Of a stretch of DNA of 64,000 nt, positions 59,116 through 64,000 are shown in pieces. Each line of letters opens with the position of its first letter. The first letter of the stretch is position 1. The translations under genes and the position numbers were made by a program. Below the pieces are notes generated by a model. The model was not told where the DNA came from, searched no databases, and saw only the letters and a list, made by a program, of their open reading frames with translations. The DNA lies in assembly GCA_963796685.1 (NCBI GenBank), contig CAWCMR010000009.1, positions 256,001 to 320,000 on the forward strand, in the 5' to 3' direction. Origin of the DNA: an uncultured delta proteobacterium. GTDB lineage: Bacteria > Myxococcota_A > Polyangia > Fen-1088.

Positions 59116-62100
59116 ATGTCGAAGAAGGAACCCGCACCTCCATTGCGACGTTTGCATTGGCAATCGTAAGCATCGCGTTGCTGGCGCTCGCTTGCGGCTG
59201 CCAAGGCAGCTCGGTCGCGCCCATTGGCGGCGACGATCCCGACGCCGCCACCAACCCCGACTCCGCCCGGGGGCTCCGGACGCCCCGGTGCTCGCCCTTC
59301 CCGACGGCAGCGTGACGATTTCGCTCTCGGACAGCGGCATCTGCCTGCCCATCTCCAGCTGCAAGGTCGGCAGGTGGACAGTACTGCGGCGTCATCGGCG
59401 ACGGCTGCTCCGGTAACCTCGATTGCGGCGGCTGCCCGACGGGACAGCCTTGCATAGGCGGCATCTGCGGCGGTGGCGCCGGACACGATGCCGGCGTCCT
59501 CACTTCCTGTACCGTCACCGGTGGCACCTACTGCGGCACCATCGGCGACGGCGCCGGCGGCCAGTTGCTGTGCGGCGCTTGCCCGGCTGGTTGGACCTGC
59601 ACCGACGGCCTGTGCACCGGTGACCCTGCCATCTGCGCCCCTCGCGTCCTGCGGCACCGGCACGACCAAGTACTGCGGCACCATCGGCGACGGTTGCGGC
59701 CATGCCAAGGACTGCGGCGGCTGCACCGCCGATCAAGTCTGCACCAACAACCAATGCGTCCCCGCCGCGGGGTGCGTGGCCGCCACCTGCAATCCCGCCG
59801 GTGGACAATACTGCGGCGGCCAGCTTGGCGACGGCTGCGGCGGCGCCATCACCTGCGGCGACTGCACCACGCCCGGGCTGGACCTGCCTGGACCACCTGT
59901 GCAAGGGCGGTGCCTCGTGCACGCCCGTCGCCTGCGGCACCGGGTCGGGCAAGTACTGCGGCACCATCGGCGATGGCTGCGGCGGAAGCGCCGACTGCGG
60001 CACCTGCCTCGCCGGCGAGGTCTGCAAGGACAACCAGTGCATGCCCGCCGCGTGTACGCCCCTGACTTGCAATCCCAAAGGCGGCCAGTACTGCGGCGGC
60101 CAGGTCGGCGACGGTTGCGGCGATGTCCTCGATTGCAGCGCCGCCTGCCCGGCGGGATGGACGTGCCAGAACCACTTGTGCGTCGGCGACGCCACCTGCC
60201 CCAAGGTCGCTGCCTGCGGCAACGGAACGTCCTTTCAACTACTGCGGCGACGTCGGCGACAACTGCGGCGGTGTTCTCCACTGCGGCGACGACTGCGCCG
60301 CCGGCCAGGTCTGCGACGCCACCACCGGTCTGTGCAAGGGCGACGCGACCTGCGTGCCCGCCACCTGCAACAACGGCTCGCTCTTCAACTACTGCGGCGA
60401 CATCGGCGACGGTTGCGGCGGCACCCTCCACTGCGGCAACGTCTGCGCCAAGGGCCAGACCTGCGACACCTCCACCGGCCTGTGCAAGGGCGACGCGACC
60501 TGCGTGCCCGTCGCCTGCGACAACGGCACCCCCTTCAAGTACTGCGGCGACAACGGCAACGGCTGCGGCGGCGCCCTCCACTGCGGCAACGACTGCGGCG
60601 CCCACCAGGTGTGCGGCGCCGACGGGGTCTGCAAAGGCGACAGCACCTGCGTGCCCAAAACCTGCGACAACGGCACCCCCTTCAGCTACTGCGGCACGAT
60701 CGGCGATGGCTGTGGCGGCGCGGTCCGCTGCGGTGCCCGCTGCGCCACCGACCAAGTCTGCGGCGCCGAGGGCTTGTGCAAGGGTGACAGCACCTGCGTG
60801 CCCAAGACCTGCGGCAACGGCACCGACTTCAAGTACTGCGGCGTGGTCGGCGACGGCTGTGGCGGCGCGCTTTCGTGCGGCACCAACTGCGGCGCCGGCA
60901 AGGTGTGCGACACCTCTACCAGCCTGTGCCACGGTGACTCGACTTGCACGCCCATCGCGTCGTGCGACAACGGCACCGATCTTCCACTACTGCGGGACCA
61001 TCGGCGACGGCTGCGGCGGCAGCCTCGCCTGTGGCACGAGCTGCGGCGCCGGCAAAACCTGCGACACCACCACCGGCCTGTGCAAAGGCGACGCGACGTG
61101 CACGCCCCTCGTCGCGTGCGCCAACGGCACCGCCTTCAACTACTGCGGCACCGTCGGCGACGGCTGCGGCGGCAGCCTCCTCTGCAGCACCAACTGCGGC
61201 CCGGGGAAGTCCTGCGACACGACGACTGGCCTGTGCAAGGGCGACACGACTCTGCACGCCGCTCGCATCCTGCGCCAACGGCACGCGCCTTCAACTACTG
61301 CGGCACCATCGGCGACGGCTGCGGTGGCAGCTTCACCTGCAGCACGAGCTGCGGCACGGGCAGGACCTGCGACACCGCCACCGGCATGTGCAAGGGCGAC
61401 AGCTCGTGCACGCCGATCACCGCATGCAGCAACGGCACCGCCTTCAACTACTGCGGCACAGTCGGCGACGGCTGCGGTGGCAGCCTCGCCTGCGGCGCCG
61501 ACTGCGCCGCCGGCCAAGTCTGCGACACGAGCACCGGCCTGTGCAAGGGCGACGGCTCGTGCGCGCCGATCACCGCGTGCACGAATGGCACGGCCTTCAA
61601 TTATTGCGGGGAAATCGGCAACCGGTGCGGCGGCAGCCTCGCCTGTTCCACCGACTGCGGCACTGGGAAGGTGTGCGACGCCAGCAGGGGCGTGTGCAAA
61701 GGCGATGCAAACTGCGTCCCACTCGCGTGCAAGACGGCCGCAGGTGGCCAGTATTGCGGCGGAACGGTTGGCGATGGGTGCGGCGGCTCCGTCACCTGCA
61801 CCGATCCGTGCCCGTCCGGATCCACCTGCAGCAACCATGTCTGCATCTGCAGTGCTGGGCTCATCTGCCAGGTCGCCCGCTGCGACACCGGCTCGACGAC
61901 CGTCTCGGGCAAAGTGTACGACCCGGCGGGTGTCAATCCGCTTTACAACGTCATCGTCTACATCCCCAACAGCACGCTCGATCCCATCACGCACGGCCCG
62001 ACTTGCGACCAGTGCGCCACGCCATCCGGTCAGCCCATTGCAGCGGCTTTGTCAGGCACCGACGGAAGCTTCACCCTTACCAACGTCCCCAGCGGAACCA

Positions 62101-63593
62101 ACATTCCCATTGTCTTCCAGGTCGGAAAGTGGCGCCGTCAGATCAAGATCCCGACAGTGAATGCGTGTCAGAACAACGATCTCACCAGCCTTGTCGATGG
62201 CAATGGCGTTCACCAGACCCGTTTGCCACGCAACCTCGGCGATGGAGACGCAGGCACGGTGTCCCTGCCCAAGATCGCAATCACCGCGGGCAACGCACAT
62301 CCCAACGGCACGTCGAACGTGACCGAACGGTTGCAATGCCTGCTTCAGCGCATCGGGGTCAGCGCCAGCGAGTTCACGATGCCCAGCAAGGCCGGTTCCA
62401 TCAGCATGTACAACCTGTCGAACGGTTCGGACACGTGCAATCAGGTGACCGGAGGAACCGGCAACTATCCGGACGCCACCACCACCCTGTGGGACAGTCA
62501 AGCCCACCTCAACCAGTACGACATGGTGCTGCTGAACTGCGGTGGCGATGAAAACGCGGTCAATCCCACCAAGAACAACACGTTCATTTCGCATCCGGGT
62601 GCGGTGGATCGGATGAAGGCCTACGTGAATGCCGGTGGCCGAGTCTTCGCCGAGCATTTCCACTGGGGTTGGATCAAGACCGTCGGCACGTACACCTCGA
62701 CGTTTGGCGAAGTGGCGACGTGGAATGCAAGCACTGGCGTCATCGGCACCACCACGCGCGACACGCTTGTGGATGTCTCGTTCCCGCGAGGCGTCGCATT
62801 CGCCAATTGGCTCGTCACGGTGGGGGCATCCACAACCAACGGGCATCTACCCATCGCAAGCACGGTCAAGGCCACTGCCATGGACCAGATAGCCCCAACC
62901 TCCCAGCGCTGGATCTACGAACCCGTGAACGCGGGCTCACCAACCGGGGCGGCGCAGTACACCCACTATTTCAGCTTCAACACCCCGGTCGGCACAGCCG
63001 CGGACAGTCAGTGCGGTCGTTTCGTGTACACGGGCTTGCACGTGAGCGATTCAGCCTCGACCGGATTCCCAGGCGATCCGGCTACCAGCGCAGGGAGCAC
63101 TTTCCCCGGATGCTGCGCCACCAGGACGGCGCTTTCGCCGCAAGAAAAGGCGCTCGAATTCATGATCTTCGATCTCTCCTCTTGCATCAGCAATGTGAGC
63201 CTGCCTCCGCCGCCGGTCCAGACCGTGCCTCCCCCATCTGCGCCACCGCCCCCGCCGCCGCCTGCGCCACCGCCGCCGCCCGCCGCCCCCGCGGCGCCAC
63301 CACCGCCGCCCGCGCCGGCACCACCGCCGCCTCCCGCTCCGCCGGCTCCTCCTTCGTCCTTGCCGCCGCCACCAAGCGCGCCCGCGGCGCCGCCACCGCC
63401 ACCCGCGCCTGCGCCGCCTGCGCCGCCGCCGCCTGCCACGACGCCCCCGGCTCCACCTTCGCCCTCCGTACCGCCGCCACCACCGCCTCCGCCACCAGTT
63501 GCGGCACCGCCGCCACCGCCGCCGCCGCCGCCGGCCACCGCCCCTCCTCCCCCACCCCCGCCACCACCGATCCCACAATCCTACATTCCCTGA
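59116..63593 (+). CDS. Giant Cys-rich repeat lipoprotein with carboxypeptidase-regulatory-like domain and polyproline tail (multiple frameshifts)
   Basis: GGAGGAGG RBS, leader ...LLALACGC; about 17 YCGxxGDGCGG repeats spread over several frames; TTVSGKVYDPAG...PLYNVIVYIP, QVGKWRRQ, QEKALEFMIFDLSSC; Pro tail. Confidence 0.8.
59375..61850 (+). repeat. Coding tandem array of about 17 units of 135-155 bp
   Basis: Recurring TACTGCGGC-N6-GGCGACGGCTGCGGCGGC core. Confidence 0.9.
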
Positions 63594-63735
63594 CAGACAT
63601 CACTTGCAAAAACGCGGTATCCCCGGTCGCGTTGCCCGTCGCGAAGACAGCACGAGCAGAATCATTGTCCCTGGTCTTCAGGTACAATGAGGCGGCATCG
63701 AAATTGTCCCCTTGAGTCAGCGCAGGAGCGCCTTC

Positions 63736-64000
63736 ATGTTGAAAAATAGACTGCACGATTTCCTGGCTTCCCTTGCCCTACCCTTTACTTCTTGCGTGCT
63801 CTTGGTGGTCGGTGGCTGCTCGAGTAGCGGCTCCGTGGGCGTCAACCAGAATGACGCAGGATCGGACATCGCTCCTGACGCGCCCGTGTTCTTCACGCTC
63901 CCCGACGGGGGGGGCGGCCCTGCCGTGGACACCGGCGTTTGCCACCCTCTGTCGAGCTGCACGGTCGGCGGCTGGCAATACTGCGGCCTCATCGGCGACG
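63736..64000 (+). CDS. 5' part of a second Cys-repeat lipoprotein (paralog, truncated by window)
   Basis: AGGAG RBS; MLKNRLHDFLASLALPFTSCVLLVVGGCSS...LPDGG...CHPLSSCTVGGWQYCGLIGD parallels the start of the 59116 protein. Confidence 0.8.
   Translation, partial: MLKNRLHDFLASLALPFTSCVLLVVGGCSSSGSVGVNQNDAGSDIAPDAPVFFTLPDGGGGPAVDTGVCHPLSSCTVGGWQYCGLIGD

Noticed and set aside
59375-61850. Long repeat array as CRISPR or DGR template/variable pair
   Set aside because: Units encode Cys modules with mainly synonymous variation; no reverse transcriptase or adenine-specific pattern noticed.

Overview
GC-rich bacterial DNA whose gene content (ECF/anti-sigma modules, PEGA-domain Ser/Thr kinases, Cys-rich lipoproteins, multiheme cytochrome) points to Myxococcota, probably Polyangia (inference). 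Several single-base frameshifts, denser towards the 3' end, suggest an unpolished long-read assembly. In order: a heme-c sensor kinase, sigma-54 regulator and archaemetzincin; an ECF/anti-sigma/beta-barrel/GH8 module; a seven-gene membrane glycosylation cluster (GT-C enzymes, an MptB-like and a PimA-like transferase, deacetylase, flippase-like protein); beta-barrel/GH3/beta-barrel; a lower-GC insert with a beta-gamma-crystallin gene beside an intact IS5-family element; a xylose operon (transporter, eukaryote-type xylB, xylA); housekeeping genes (PIN-PhoH, htrA, hemH, msrAB, bcp); an RND pump with a MITE inside the operon; an octaheme cytochrome; and a large surface/signalling locus (two divergent kinases, TPR proteins, a TPR-PEGA-TonB receptor, a Gly-tethered cytochrome c, giant Cys-repeat lipoproteins). 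Three unrelated families of short intergenic palindromic elements occur, one copy with an 11-bp target duplication. No rRNA, tRNA or CRISPR array was seen. All calls come from reading motifs by eye; no database search was run.
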